Below are positions 38,874 through 49,018 of a DNA stretch of 64,000 bases, in pieces. Location of the stretch: contig CAXXVS010000003.1 of assembly GCA_963674755.2 (NCBI GenBank), positions 32,001-96,000 of the forward strand, given 5' to 3'. This DNA is from Desulfobacterales bacterium (GTDB lineage: Bacteria; Desulfobacterota; Desulfobacteria; Desulfobacterales; UBA5852). Made by a program: the position numbers and the translations under genes. Each line of letters starts with the position of its first letter. Position 1 is the first letter of the stretch. The notes under the pieces are model-generated. The model saw only the letters and a program-made list of their open reading frames with translations. It had not been told where the DNA came from and ran no database searches.

Positions 38874-40235
38874 ATGTTTCCAACAATTCTTATTGTTGAC
38901 GATGAGCCATCCATCGTCCAATCGTTAAAAGGTCTGTTAAGTGACGAAGGCTTCGAGGTGATGACGGCGCCCAACGGTTATGAAGCGCTAAAAGCCATCG
39001 AACGCGAATCCCCCGATCTGGTTCTGCTGGATATATGGATGCCTGGAATCGACGGCATTGAAACCCTTAAGGAAATCAAAGCGAATAATCCCTTCATTCA
39101 GGTTATCGTTATAACGGGCCACGGCAATGTGGAAACAGCCGTGAAAGCCACCAAACTCGGGGCGTTCGATTTGATCGAAAAACCCCTTTCCATCGACAAG
39201 GTGATTGTCGGGATCAACAACGCGCTCAATTTCAGACGGCTAGAGGAGGAGAACCGCTATCTTCGTCGCAAGACGCTGGCCAAGAATTCTATCGATGGAA
39301 ACAGCCCCCATATACTGCAGTTAAAACAAAATATCGCGGCCGTTGCCCCCACGGACACTTGGGTATTGATAAGCGGTGAAAACGGGACCGGCAAAGAACT
39401 TGTCGCGCGGACGATTTATCAACTCGGCAATCGTGCCGAAAAACCATTTGTCGATGTCAACTGTGCCGCGATACCGGAGGAACTGATCGAAAGTGAGTTG
39501 TTTGGGCATGAAAAGGGCGCTTTTACCGGCGCAACGACCAAAAAACGCGGCAAATTCGAGATCGCCAATGAAGGGACTCTTTTCCTTGACGAAATCAGCG
39601 ACATGAGCCTCAAAACTCAGGCGAAAATTCTGCGTGTGCTCCAGGAGCAACAATTTCAGCGGGTGGGAGGCAGCCGTGTGCTGAAAGTCGATGTACGCGT
39701 CATTGCCGCCACAAACAAGGACCTAACGGTCGAAATCGAAGCAGGCCGCTTCCGGGAAGATCTCTATTATCGGCTCAATGTCCTGCCGATTGAGGTGCCG
39801 AGCCTGCGGGAACGGAAAGAGGATATTCCCCTTTTGGTCGACCACTTTTTAAACGATTGCGCCCTGCAAAACCGCACACGATGTAAAACCATCGATGATG
39901 AAGCCTTAGATATATTAAAAAGATATGCTTGGCCGGGAAATGTGCGCGAGTTAAAAAACCTGATCGAACGCCTTGTCATTCTCGTTCCGGAAGATCAAAT
40001 CACCAAAGACGATATACCTCCCAGCTATCGCATTGAAAAGCCATGGCCCTCTTTAAAGGAGGAAAGTTATCTTATGACGAACGATTTCAAAGATGCCAAA
40101 AAAGCCTTTGAAGAAACCTTTATCCGTGAAAAACTTCGCGAAAACGACGGCAATGTATCTCAGACAGCCCGGCAGATCGGCGTTGGTCGCAGTTATCTGC
40201 ACAAAAAACTTAAACAAATGAATGGCAAGAGTTAA
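38874..40235 (+). CDS. ntrX: NtrX-like sigma54 response regulator
   Basis: ILIVDDE, LDIWMPGIDG, GENGTGKE, GAFTGA; follows ntrY. Confidence 0.88.
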   Translation: MFPTILIVDDEPSIVQSLKGLLSDEGFEVMTAPNGYEALKAIERESPDLVLLDIWMPGIDGIETLKEIKANNPFIQVIVITGHGNVETAVKATKLGAFDLIEKPLSIDKVIVGINNALNFRRLEEENRYLRRKTLAKNSIDGNSPHILQLKQNIAAVAPTDTWVLISGENGTGKELVARTIYQLGNRAEKPFVDVNCAAIPEELIESELFGHEKGAFTGATTKKRGKFEIANEGTLFLDEISDMSLKTQAKILRVLQEQQFQRVGGSRVLKVDVRVIAATNKDLTVEIEAGRFREDLYYRLNVLPIEVPSLRERKEDIPLLVDHFLNDCALQNRTRCKTIDDEALDILKRYAWPGNVRELKNLIERLVILVPEDQITKDDIPPSYRIEKPWPSLKEESYLMTNDFKDAKKAFEETFIREKLRENDGNVSQTARQIGVGRSYLHKKLKQMNGKS

Positions 40236-40237
40236 GC

Positions 40238-40783
40238 GTGCGGATCATCGGTGGGCGTTTCAGGGGGGCACGACTTCATACACCCAAAGGAATTGAAATC
40301 CGGCCCACAGCGGACCGCCTGCGCGAATCGATCTTCAATATCCTCGGATCACGGCTTCATACAAAACGTGTTCTCGATCTTTATGCCGGCACCGGGGCCA
40401 TGGGGATCGAGGCCTTGAGCCGTGGAGCAACCCATGCCGTCTTTATTGATCAACATCCCATGGCGCTCGATCTGATCCGCCGGAATATCACCAAAGTCAG
40501 AGCCGCCGAACAGACAACGATCATCCCCTGGAACATCGAGCGCAACCTTCAATGCCTTTGCGGCCAGGAGGCTTTTGACCTGATATTCATGGATCCCCCT
40601 TACCGAAAAGGTCTCATCCACCGCACGCTCGTTAACTTGCAATCGGCCAAGATTGGTTTCACAACTGCTCTCATTGAACATAACGAGGAAGAATCGTTAG
40701 GGCATCTTCCGGATGGCGTTATCCTTAGAGACCAGCGTCGCTATGGGAAAACCCTTGTATCGATTTTAGACGGTGTGCTATAG
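40238..40783 (+). CDS. rsmD: 16S rRNA (guanine966-N2)-methyltransferase
   Basis: MRIIGG, RPTADRLRESIFNIL, LDLYAGTGAMGIEALSRGA, DPPY. Confidence 0.95.
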   Translation: MRIIGGRFRGARLHTPKGIEIRPTADRLRESIFNILGSRLHTKRVLDLYAGTGAMGIEALSRGATHAVFIDQHPMALDLIRRNITKVRAAEQTTIIPWNIERNLQCLCGQEAFDLIFMDPPYRKGLIHRTLVNLQSAKIGFTTALIEHNEEESLGHLPDGVILRDQRRYGKTLVSILDGVL

Positions 40784-40863
40784 GCGGAACATCATTACCC
40801 ACCGACAGCTGCCGATCGACGGCGCTCATTTGATGAACGTTTCCCTGGAGGGCTTCCATTCGA

Positions 40864-41355
40864 ATGCCTAAATTGGCCATCTATCCCGGTTCCTTCGATC
40901 CTGTCACCAACGGCCATATTGATATCATTGTCCGCGGACTTAAGATTTTCGACGATATTGTCGTCTGTATTCTAAACAATCCGGCCAAAAACGTCCTTTT
41001 TGATATCGAAGAACGTATGGATATGCTCAATCAAAGCCTTAACGGCATTAAAAATATCGAAGTCACAACCTATGATGGGTTGCTGGTGGATTTCGCCGTT
41101 CAGCGCCAAGCGAATGCGATCCTTAGGGGGATGCGGGCAGTATCCGATTTCGAATATGAATTTCAAATGGCACTTATGAACCGTCGCCTCAACCGGGATA
41201 TCCAAACGGTCTTTTTAATGACCGGTTTGCGCTGGATATTCACCAGTTCCTCCATTATCAAGGAAGCCGCCCGATTTGGGGGCAACATCAATGGCATGGT
41301 CCCCAAAATCGTTCAACAAAAGCTGAAAGAAAAATTTTCAGCTGATACCCCATGA
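40864..41355 (+). CDS. coaD: Phosphopantetheine adenylyltransferase
   Basis: YPGSFDPVTNGH, RGMRAVSDFEYE, SSSIIKE. Confidence 0.97.
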   Translation: MPKLAIYPGSFDPVTNGHIDIIVRGLKIFDDIVVCILNNPAKNVLFDIEERMDMLNQSLNGIKNIEVTTYDGLLVDFAVQRQANAILRGMRAVSDFEYEFQMALMNRRLNRDIQTVFLMTGLRWIFTSSSIIKEAARFGGNINGMVPKIVQQKLKEKFSADTP

Positions 41356-41361
41356 AGGCCA

Positions 41362-42282
41362 ATGGATCTTTGGCAGCTTCACATATTCTGCAAAGTTGTT
41401 GAATTGGCCAGCTTCAGTAAAGCCGGCCAGGCCATCCATCTCTCCCAGCCAACCGTCAGCAGCCACATCAAAGATCTTGAAAAACATTTTGGATGTTCTT
41501 TGGTCGACCGCATGTCGCGATGCGCTGTTCCAACCAAGGCCGGCGACCTGCTCTACACATACGCCCTGCGTCTTCTGGCCTTGCGGGATGAAACGGAGGC
41601 CGCTCTGGCCGAATACCAGGGTCAATACAAGGGGAAGCTGCGGATTGGCGGCAGCACCATCCCGGGAGGTTACCTGTTGCCGAAAATTATCGGGCCGTTC
41701 AATGGGGAATTTCCCAATATTCGGATCTCGCTGATGATTGGCGATTCGCGCAACATTGTTCGCAAAACGTTGGACGGCGAAATAGAGATGGGGTTTGTGG
41801 GCGCGCGCTTCTCCGAACCTCATTTGCAAACGACCCCTTTGACCAACGACAGCCTCAAGCTCATCGTTCCGCCCCATCACGCCTGGGCCACAGAAAGTTC
41901 GATCGCCATTGAGGCCCTGCGCCATGAACCCATGGTTGTCAGGGAAAGCGGGTCCGGGACCCGGCGGGTTCTGTCTAAGGCATTGCAGGCCAATGAATTG
42001 GAACTCTCCGAACACTTTCATATTGTTGCGGAGATCGGCAACACCATCGGCATCGTCGGAGCCATTAAAAGCGGTTTGGGCGTATCCATTCTCTCGACGA
42101 GAGCGATCGAAGAGGAGCTAAAAAGCGGAACATTGCGGGCCCTGGATATTCAAGGCCTTGACCTTGAAAGGCAAATCCATCTTATCGTTGACAAGCGCCG
42201 AACAATTTCCCCCCTTGCGGGTGCCTTTCGGCACTACATTACCCAGCGTTATAAAAATGATAAAGCGGCATGCAAAAAATAA
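41362..42282 (+). CDS. LysR-family regulator (CysL/selenium metabolism-associated type)
   Basis: SFSKAG..LSQPTVSSHIKDLE, GGSTIPGGYLLP, RESGSGTR. Confidence 0.92.
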   Translation: MDLWQLHIFCKVVELASFSKAGQAIHLSQPTVSSHIKDLEKHFGCSLVDRMSRCAVPTKAGDLLYTYALRLLALRDETEAALAEYQGQYKGKLRIGGSTIPGGYLLPKIIGPFNGEFPNIRISLMIGDSRNIVRKTLDGEIEMGFVGARFSEPHLQTTPLTNDSLKLIVPPHHAWATESSIAIEALRHEPMVVRESGSGTRRVLSKALQANELELSEHFHIVAEIGNTIGIVGAIKSGLGVSILSTRAIEEELKSGTLRALDIQGLDLERQIHLIVDKRRTISPLAGAFRHYITQRYKNDKAACKK

Positions 42283-42393
42283 CGCGGCGCGAAAAAAACA
42301 CCTGCCCATGCTCCCTTGGCATCAGAAACCTGGATTCGATCGAGTTTATCGATGGGCCAGAGAAAGCTGGTCAGCCGAAGGCGTTTAACAAGC

Positions 42394-43053
42394 TCAGGAC
42401 CCGTCCCATCCGTTTTCACCGATAAGCTTGACAAAGCGGCAGCCGCCGAGACTGACCTGATGCCATCCCTTCTCATCTTTGACAATTTTTACCAAGTCTT
42501 GGGTAAACTGGTTGCCGACGGGCAATACCATGCGACCGCCCACCGCGAGCTGTGCCAAAAGGACATTCGGAATACGGGGAGCGCCGGCGGTAACAATGAC
42601 GGCATCAAAGGGACTTTCTTGCTTCCATCCCATGGTACCGTCTGAGTAGCGCGTTACGATATTGTGGTATTGCAATTCATCAAAAAGCTTTCGAGCCCGG
42701 CGATAAAGGGGGTACAATCGTTCGATCGTGTATACCCGATAGGCGATTTCAGCCAGGACCGCGGCCTGATATCCTGATCCCGTACCGATCTCAAGCACCC
42801 GGTCATTAGGTGTAATCGCAAGCGCCTGGGTCATCTCCGCGACAATGAATGGTTGGGATATGGTTTGCTGCTCGCCGATCGGCAGGGGATAATCTTCGTA
42901 AGCTTTGTGACGGAGGGCTTCGCTGACAAACAAATGGCGGGGCACACGGCGCATCGCCGCAAGCACCAAGGGATCGGAGATATGACGCGCCTCAATCTGC
43001 CGTTTGACCATCTCGTCTCGACGGCGGTCATATGTGTGCCCCGAATCTGCCAT
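42394..43053 (-). CDS. pcm: Protein-L-isoaspartate O-methyltransferase
   Basis: VPRHLFV, QTISQP, VLEIGTGSGYQAAVLA, PFDAVIVTAG. Confidence 0.96.
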   Translation of the reverse strand: MADSGHTYDRRRDEMVKRQIEARHISDPLVLAAMRRVPRHLFVSEALRHKAYEDYPLPIGEQQTISQPFIVAEMTQALAITPNDRVLEIGTGSGYQAAVLAEIAYRVYTIERLYPLYRRARKLFDELQYHNIVTRYSDGTMGWKQESPFDAVIVTAGAPRIPNVLLAQLAVGGRMVLPVGNQFTQDLVKIVKDEKGWHQVSLGGCRFVKLIGENGWDGS

Positions 43054-43191
43054 GGTGAGGTCTTTAACAGTCGGCCTCGATTTCGTCAAGAATCGCCGCG
43101 CAATGCCGGATGAACCACTAGGGGGCCGGAAAAACCGTTATTTAGCGCATTGAAAAAATACAGGACGCCCCCAACGGACCGTCCCATGGGG

Positions 43192-43779
43192 TCAGATTTT
43201 ATAAATCGTACGCTTGTCCGTAATAATAATATCGACATGTTTATCATGGGATTCGGTAGGAATTTGGGGAACGATCTGATCTTCCATCGCAAGCGCCACT
43301 TTGCGGGTTGTGATGGGTAGTTGGGGGATAAGCCGATCGTAATAGCCTTCGCCCGCACCCAGCCGGCCCCCTTTTTCATCCACGGCAATACAGGGAATGA
43401 TGGCGATATCGATGCACTCCATCGGCACCTCACGGCATCGCTCCGGATTGGGTTCCGGAAGTCCGTTGGGCCCCTCCACCATATCACGATGAGGATCGTC
43501 AACCTTTAACAGGCGCACCTTCTTTTTTTCCGACCCAAACATCGGCAGAACAATGATTTTGCCGTAATCGAACGTTTTGCTGAGGATGTTCCGGGTGTCG
43601 ACCTCGTTTTTATCCGCCACGTACAATAGAACGATGCGGGCTTCCAGAAAATTGGCAAAATCAAACAGGCGGGTTCCGATTTCGCTGATTTTCAAGCGGC
43701 GTTCTTCCTCAGGCAGCGCCTTGAGGGCTGCATCGATTTTTTCACGTAACTCCCGCTTCGCTTCCCGAATTTCCTCCAT
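43192..43779 (-). CDS. ygfA: 5-formyltetrahydrofolate cyclo-ligase
   Basis: KRELR, EVDT, GLPEP, GGRLGAGEGYYDRL, HDKHVDIIITD. Confidence 0.93.
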   Translation of the reverse strand: MEEIREAKRELREKIDAALKALPEEERRLKISEIGTRLFDFANFLEARIVLLYVADKNEVDTRNILSKTFDYGKIIVLPMFGSEKKKVRLLKVDDPHRDMVEGPNGLPEPNPERCREVPMECIDIAIIPCIAVDEKGGRLGAGEGYYDRLIPQLPITTRKVALAMEDQIVPQIPTESHDKHVDIIITDKRTIYKI

Positions 43780-43853
43780 GGTAACCCCCAGCCCTGTTCA
43801 TGTGTTCAAATCCGTATCCGAACCAGCCCACCTGATTCAACTAGCAATAATAA

Positions 43854-43882
43854 TTGACTAGATTTACAGCAGGTGTTAGCCT
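43854..43882 (+). promoter_or_regulatory. sigma70-like promoter of serS
   Basis: TTGACT-N17-TAGCCT. Confidence 0.5.
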
Positions 43883-43953
43883 TCGCCTTCGGTTTTATGA
43901 ATCAGATGGATCACAGTACAACATTTGAATAACCTTCAATAATAGGTATTCAT

Positions 43954-45228
43954 ATGCTCGAAATCAAGTTCATCCGGCAAAAATTGACGGACGTAAAACA
44001 GGCGATTGAAAACCGAGGCGATTCCGTCGATTGGGAAGCGCTGATCACCGCGGATGATAACCGCAAAACCATTTTACAAGAAATTGAGGGGCTGCGACAT
44101 AAACGCAATGTGGTGTCGGACCAAATCGCCGAACTGAAAAAAAAAGGCGCATCCTCCGACGGGCCGGTGACTGAAATGCGGGAGGTCTCTACCCGTATCA
44201 AAACCTTGGACAAAGACTTGGCCCAAAACGAAACCGTCCTGCAATCCATTCTGATGCGGATTCCCAATCTGCCCCATGCAAGTGTTCCCATCGGTCGGGA
44301 TGAAAATGACAACCCCGTCGTAAAAACCATCGGCCATCCGCCGGAATGGGATTTTGAGCCCCAAGCCCATTGGGATATTGGTGAAAATTTGGGCATTCTC
44401 GACTTCAAAAGAGCTGCCCGGATCACCGGTGCCCGCTTTCCACTGTATTTTGGTACAGGGGCCTTGATGGAACGGGCGCTGATCAATTTTATGCTCGATC
44501 TGCATGTCAACACGCACGGGTATAAGGAAGTGCTGCCCCCTTTTATCGTCAATCGCGACAGCATGACCCATACAGGTCAGCTGCCCAAGTTTGAAGAGGA
44601 TTTGTTCAAGCTGGAAGGCGTGGATTATTACCTCATTCCGACGGCCGAAGTACCGGTAACCAATATCCACCACGATGAAATCCTCAGCGAAGAACAGCTG
44701 CCGATCCATTACACGGCCTACACGCCTTGCTTTCGATCAGAAGCCGGATCCCACGGCAAAGATACCCGGGGTCTTATCCGCCAGCACCAGTTCAACAAGG
44801 TCGAGTTGGTCAAATTTACGACCCCGGAGACGTCCTATGATGAACTTGAACAACTTCTGCAAAACGCTGAAAGCGTTCTCCAGAAACTAGAACTTCCCTA
44901 TCGGGTCATCACACTCTGTACCGGAGATTTAGGTTTTTCCGCTGCCAAAACTTATGATATCGAAGTCTGGATGCCTGCTCAAGGTGTCTACCGTGAGATA
45001 TCCTCTTGCAGTAATTTCGAGGACTTTCAAGCTCGACGAGGCAATATTCGCTTTCGCCGCAAGGAACGCAAAGGTACCGAATTTGTCCATACCCTCAATG
45101 GATCAGGTCTCGCCGTAGGCCGAACCTTTGCCGCAATTCTTGAGAACTACCAACAGCCCGACGGGACTGTTACGGTACCGAAGGCGTTACAACCTTACAT
45201 GGGGAATATCGAGAGCCTTTCACAATGA
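43954..45228 (+). CDS. serS: Serine--tRNA ligase
   Basis: [45 protein letters not shown]. Confidence 0.98.
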   Translation: MLEIKFIRQKLTDVKQAIENRGDSVDWEALITADDNRKTILQEIEGLRHKRNVVSDQIAELKKKGASSDGPVTEMREVSTRIKTLDKDLAQNETVLQSILMRIPNLPHASVPIGRDENDNPVVKTIGHPPEWDFEPQAHWDIGENLGILDFKRAARITGARFPLYFGTGALMERALINFMLDLHVNTHGYKEVLPPFIVNRDSMTHTGQLPKFEEDLFKLEGVDYYLIPTAEVPVTNIHHDEILSEEQLPIHYTAYTPCFRSEAGSHGKDTRGLIRQHQFNKVELVKFTTPETSYDELEQLLQNAESVLQKLELPYRVITLCTGDLGFSAAKTYDIEVWMPAQGVYREISSCSNFEDFQARRGNIRFRRKERKGTEFVHTLNGSGLAVGRTFAAILENYQQPDGTVTVPKALQPYMGNIESLSQ

Positions 45229-46736
45229 GAATCGAGCGCTTTCCTGAAGACATTCGCCCCTATCTCATCCCTCAACCAGCAGGGGAAATGGTATACCGTT
45301 GCCTGGGATGTTCGGAAACATTCGGCATTGACGAGCTGCACTATGTCTGCCCGCACTGCCGGCAGGTACTGCTCATTGAAGACCTTGAATCATACCGTTT
45401 GAAAGAACGATCCGGCGCCTTATGGCATCAAATCTTTGATTACCGCAAAATGCTGAACCATCCCGCTCTCAGGGGCATCTACCGCTATCATGAATTTATC
45501 GGTCCGGTACTGCCTCTGGACAGCATCGTCTACTTGGGGGAGGGCGGCACACCGCTTATTGAGGGGAATCAACTTCTTCAAGAGCGGGTCGGTCTCAAGC
45601 TGTACGTCAAAAATGAGGGCCAGAATCCCAGTGCTTCTTTCAAGGACCGGGGCATGGCAAGCGCCTTCAGCTATCTTTCCTATATGATTCGTACCGGTCA
45701 GCTTGCCGATATTCTTGCGGTTTGCGCTTCGACGGGAGACACCAGTGCCGCGGCGGCGCTTTATGCCGCCTACATGTCGCAAAGCATCAAATCAGCCGTT
45801 CTGTTGCCGCATGGCAAGGTTACACCCCAGCAATTGTCACAACCTCTGGGTAGCGGCGCGCGGGTTTTTGAAATACCCGGCGTCTTCGATGACTGCATGA
45901 AAGTTGTCGAAAAGTTATCCGAAACCTACCAAGTTGCCTTGTTGAACTCCAAAAATGCTTGGCGCATCCTGGGCCAGGAATCCTACGCTTATGAAATTGC
46001 GCAGGACTTCGACTACGACCTAAAAAACGTCGTCGTTGTCGTACCTATCGGCAATGCAGGCAACATTACCGCGATTATGCGGGGCTTCCTTAAATTTCAG
46101 GATGCCGGCATTATATCCCATCTTCCTAAAATCATCGGCGTCCAATCCGAGCACGCCAATCCGGTTTATCGTTATTACCTCGAACCCGACCCCAAACAAA
46201 GAAAATTTGAGCCTGTCACGGTTCGGTCGAGTGTGGCCCAAGCCGCCATGATCGGGAATCCGGTTTCCATGCCGCGCGTCATACACCTTGTGGAACACTA
46301 CCAGGCACGTGCCGAGGGTGGCGTTTCCTTTGTTCAAGTCACGGAACAGGATATCATGGACTGGCAGCTGGTTGCCAACCGCAACGGCCATATTGCCTGC
46401 ACCCATGGCGGTGAATGTCTGGCTGGGCTGATGCAAGCCCTTGCGTCCGGTTACGTTTCCACGGGCGAGACGGCTATTTTGGACTCGACCGCTCATTCAT
46501 TAAAATTTGCCGGCTTTCAAGACCTCTATTTCGAAGGCTGCTTCCCGCCGGAATTTGATATTCAACCCAAGAATGAGCTGAAGAATAAACCTGTTTTGGT
46601 AACACCGAAAGATATAAAAAACCTGCCTCAAGCCGGCACCCCTCTTAAGGGTGAGGCATTTGAGAAATTTGTCGAGCATGTTGCGCGGGATATCGCCACC
46701 TACCTGAAGCTGAAAACGCTTAATCAACAACGGTAA
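45225..46736 (+). CDS. thrC: Threonine synthase
   Basis: N-terminal CxxC/CPx[12 protein letters not shown] (PLP Lys), [19 protein letters not shown]. Confidence 0.93.
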   Translation: MRIERFPEDIRPYLIPQPAGEMVYRCLGCSETFGIDELHYVCPHCRQVLLIEDLESYRLKERSGALWHQIFDYRKMLNHPALRGIYRYHEFIGPVLPLDSIVYLGEGGTPLIEGNQLLQERVGLKLYVKNEGQNPSASFKDRGMASAFSYLSYMIRTGQLADILAVCASTGDTSAAAALYAAYMSQSIKSAVLLPHGKVTPQQLSQPLGSGARVFEIPGVFDDCMKVVEKLSETYQVALLNSKNAWRILGQESYAYEIAQDFDYDLKNVVVVVPIGNAGNITAIMRGFLKFQDAGIISHLPKIIGVQSEHANPVYRYYLEPDPKQRKFEPVTVRSSVAQAAMIGNPVSMPRVIHLVEHYQARAEGGVSFVQVTEQDIMDWQLVANRNGHIACTHGGECLAGLMQALASGYVSTGETAILDSTAHSLKFAGFQDLYFEGCFPPEFDIQPKNELKNKPVLVTPKDIKNLPQAGTPLKGEAFEKFVEHVARDIATYLKLKTLNQQR

Positions 46737-46842
46737 CCATCAAGAATACGGCACGGTATCAGGAACTGTGGCAGCCATCTTCAGCTTCGACTGCGGGCAC
46801 GCATTCAGGGCGGATTTACCCATCATCGATAGGGAATATCAT

Positions 46843-47637
46843 ATGAAAAAAGCCATTAAGCCTATTTTCTGGTTATCAATAATGATTCTCCCTTTGATGG
46901 CATGTGCCACGACAGATTATACTGTCGAAAAGAGCAAGGCCATATCAAAAGATAATCAAAGGTTAGCGGACGCATACTATCGCCAGGGTGACTACACGAA
47001 TGCCCTCCGCTATTATCTCGAGGCCGCAAAATATTTTACGGACGATCCAGAATTGCAATACCAGCTAGGAATGACCTTTCAGGAAAAAATGAATTACAAG
47101 CTTGCAGAAGAACATTTGCGCCGCGCATTGGCCCTTAAACCCGATATGACGAAAGCAAAAATCGGCCTGAGCGTTTCATACATTAAAGCGAAAGAGTATG
47201 ACCAGGCGATCACAATTTTAAAAGAAACCATCGAAGGTTTATCGTTTGAGATATATACCAAACCGCAATACCCGAAGTATCTCCTTGGATGGACCTATTA
47301 TTTAGAGGGGCAATATCCTGAATCAAGGCAGTACTTGCAGGAAGCACTCGATTATTACGAGTCCGGACTTCCTAAAGATGCCATTTATGTCCAAGCCCTG
47401 CGCGTCATGGGACTGGATGCCCTCTCACAATCCAGACCAGAGCAAGCGATAAGCTATTTTGAAAAAATCATTCCTTTTGCCCCCAAATGGCCGGACCTTT
47501 ATCTAGACATGGCTCGGGCCTTCCGATTGGCAGGTGATGCGCCCCGCGCAAGGCAAGCCTACCAGCGAGTAATTGAGCTAGCCCCGACTTCGGATTTGGC
47601 TAACACGGCTGCGACTGAGTTGTCTCTTCTGAAGTGA
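46843..47637 (+). CDS. TPR-repeat lipoprotein (PilF/PilW/Tgl pilotin-like)
   Basis: Lipobox LMAC after MKK-hydrophobic stretch; several TPR helices. Confidence 0.8.
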   Translation: MKKAIKPIFWLSIMILPLMACATTDYTVEKSKAISKDNQRLADAYYRQGDYTNALRYYLEAAKYFTDDPELQYQLGMTFQEKMNYKLAEEHLRRALALKPDMTKAKIGLSVSYIKAKEYDQAITILKETIEGLSFEIYTKPQYPKYLLGWTYYLEGQYPESRQYLQEALDYYESGLPKDAIYVQALRVMGLDALSQSRPEQAISYFEKIIPFAPKWPDLYLDMARAFRLAGDAPRARQAYQRVIELAPTSDLANTAATELSLLK

Positions 47638-47878
47638 TCTCCTAAAAAGAGAAACACCTGAACGGGCGAAGGCGCTGATAGCGTGGTTAAAAGGTAAGTC
47701 GACAAAATAGTGTCGACTCACTCCCCTGTGTGCAGCCAGTTAAATGCAGAAAACCAGGGATAGCGTCGCTCATGTTCAAACGGTCTAAATCGGCCTTCTG
47801 AGAGTCGATCCATGTGGCCCTTCGTTGTAGTGGCATCTGGAAAAAAGGAAGCCGCTTTTTCATCGAGTCGACCAAAAA

Positions 47879-47905
47879 AAATCCCCCTTTAGACAAGTGG
47901 GATTT
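47879..47905. repeat. Left copy of 27-bp direct repeat (target duplication)
   Basis: AAATCCCCCTTTAGACAAGTGGGATTT, 24/27 identical to 48971-48997. Confidence 0.8.
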
Positions 47906-48970
47906 CAGCCTGTTGACATAGTCCCCACAAACAGTGGGGATTTTGTCATAATGGATCATGCTAAAAAGCGCTATGAAACCCAAGGGCAAATGGGATTCCT
48001 CAGCATCGAGCAGTTAGTACCCCACGATCACCTTCTGCGCAAAATCCACAAGATGCTCTTTATCGATTACCTTTTCGGCATTCGCAGCGGGCGCCAACTG
48101 GTCAAGGAGGTCGAGGTCAACTGCCTATCGCTGGCTTTTAGGGGTTGGCTTGCGCGAGAAGGATCCGAGCCACTCGACTTTCAGCAAGAACCGACAGCGG
48201 CGGTTTAATGACAACCCCGTCCACCAGGAGATATTTGACGAGATCGTGTTGCAGGCGATCAAGCGCAAGATGGTCCCCGGGCGAATTCTTTACACCGATT
48301 CAACCCAGCTTAAAGCCAGCGCCAACAAAACCAAATTTGGCAAGCAACAGGCTCAAGCCCCTGAAGTCAAAGAGGGCAGGGTCAGCACCACGGATCCAGC
48401 CAGCGGCTATATGTTCCGCAAGGACAAGCCCAGCCCAAAGGCTATTTTATCTGGATCATCGCACGGTGGATGGCAAGCACAACATAATTGCCGGCACCCA
48501 TGTGGCCCCGGGCAATGTGCATGACAGCATCCCCTATCTGGGGCGTTTGGATCGTCAGCGCGAGCGCTTTGGATTTGAGGTGGAAGCGATGGGATTAGAT
48601 GCGGGTTATTACACGGCGGCGATTTGCAAGGGCATAGAGGATCGAGGGATAAGCGGGGTGCTTGCCTATAGCCGTCTCCGGTGCACCGCAAGGGGTATCT
48701 GCCCAAAAGTGCCTTTGTCTATGATGAGCATTTTGGCTGTTTTCTGTGTCCGAAAAACCATGCCCTTACTAATGGGGTTAAAACCCACCCGACATGGAGA
48801 AATTATAGATCCACTATTGACGGTTAAAACGCGAAATACGTGTCGGGTGTAAAATGACCCCATTAAGTAAGTACTGTAGCGTAAACAAAACGTCTTTATG
48901 ACCGTTTAAGGCGATGGGCCAAAAAATAACAAACCCCGCCTCAAATAAGACGGGGTTTGTCAAAGATCTG
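47906..48970 (+). mobile_element. Decayed IS1182-family insertion sequence (transposase pseudogene)
   Basis: Fragments EQLVPHDHLLRKI, LFGIRSGRQL, HSTFSKNRQRRF, YTDSTQLKASANK, STTDPASGY, YLDHRTVDGKHNII, GLDAGY spread over several frames; ends CAGCCTGTTGACA / TGTCAAAGATCTG. Confidence 0.9.
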
Positions 48971-48999
48971 AAATCCCCCTTTAAGCAAGGGGGATTTTC
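48971..48999 (-). terminator. Terminator hairpin downstream of pilQ (right copy of the target duplication)
   Basis: AAATCCCCCTT-TAAGC-AAGGGGGATTT perfect stem with A/T tails, about 20 bp past the pilQ stop. Confidence 0.75.
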
Positions 49000-49018
49000 A
49001 TGATTGGCGCTACTGCAC

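Noticed and set aside
43780..43953. 6S RNA upstream of ygfA
   Set aside because: The gap is only 174 bp, holds the serS promoter and shows no long rod-like self-complementarity.
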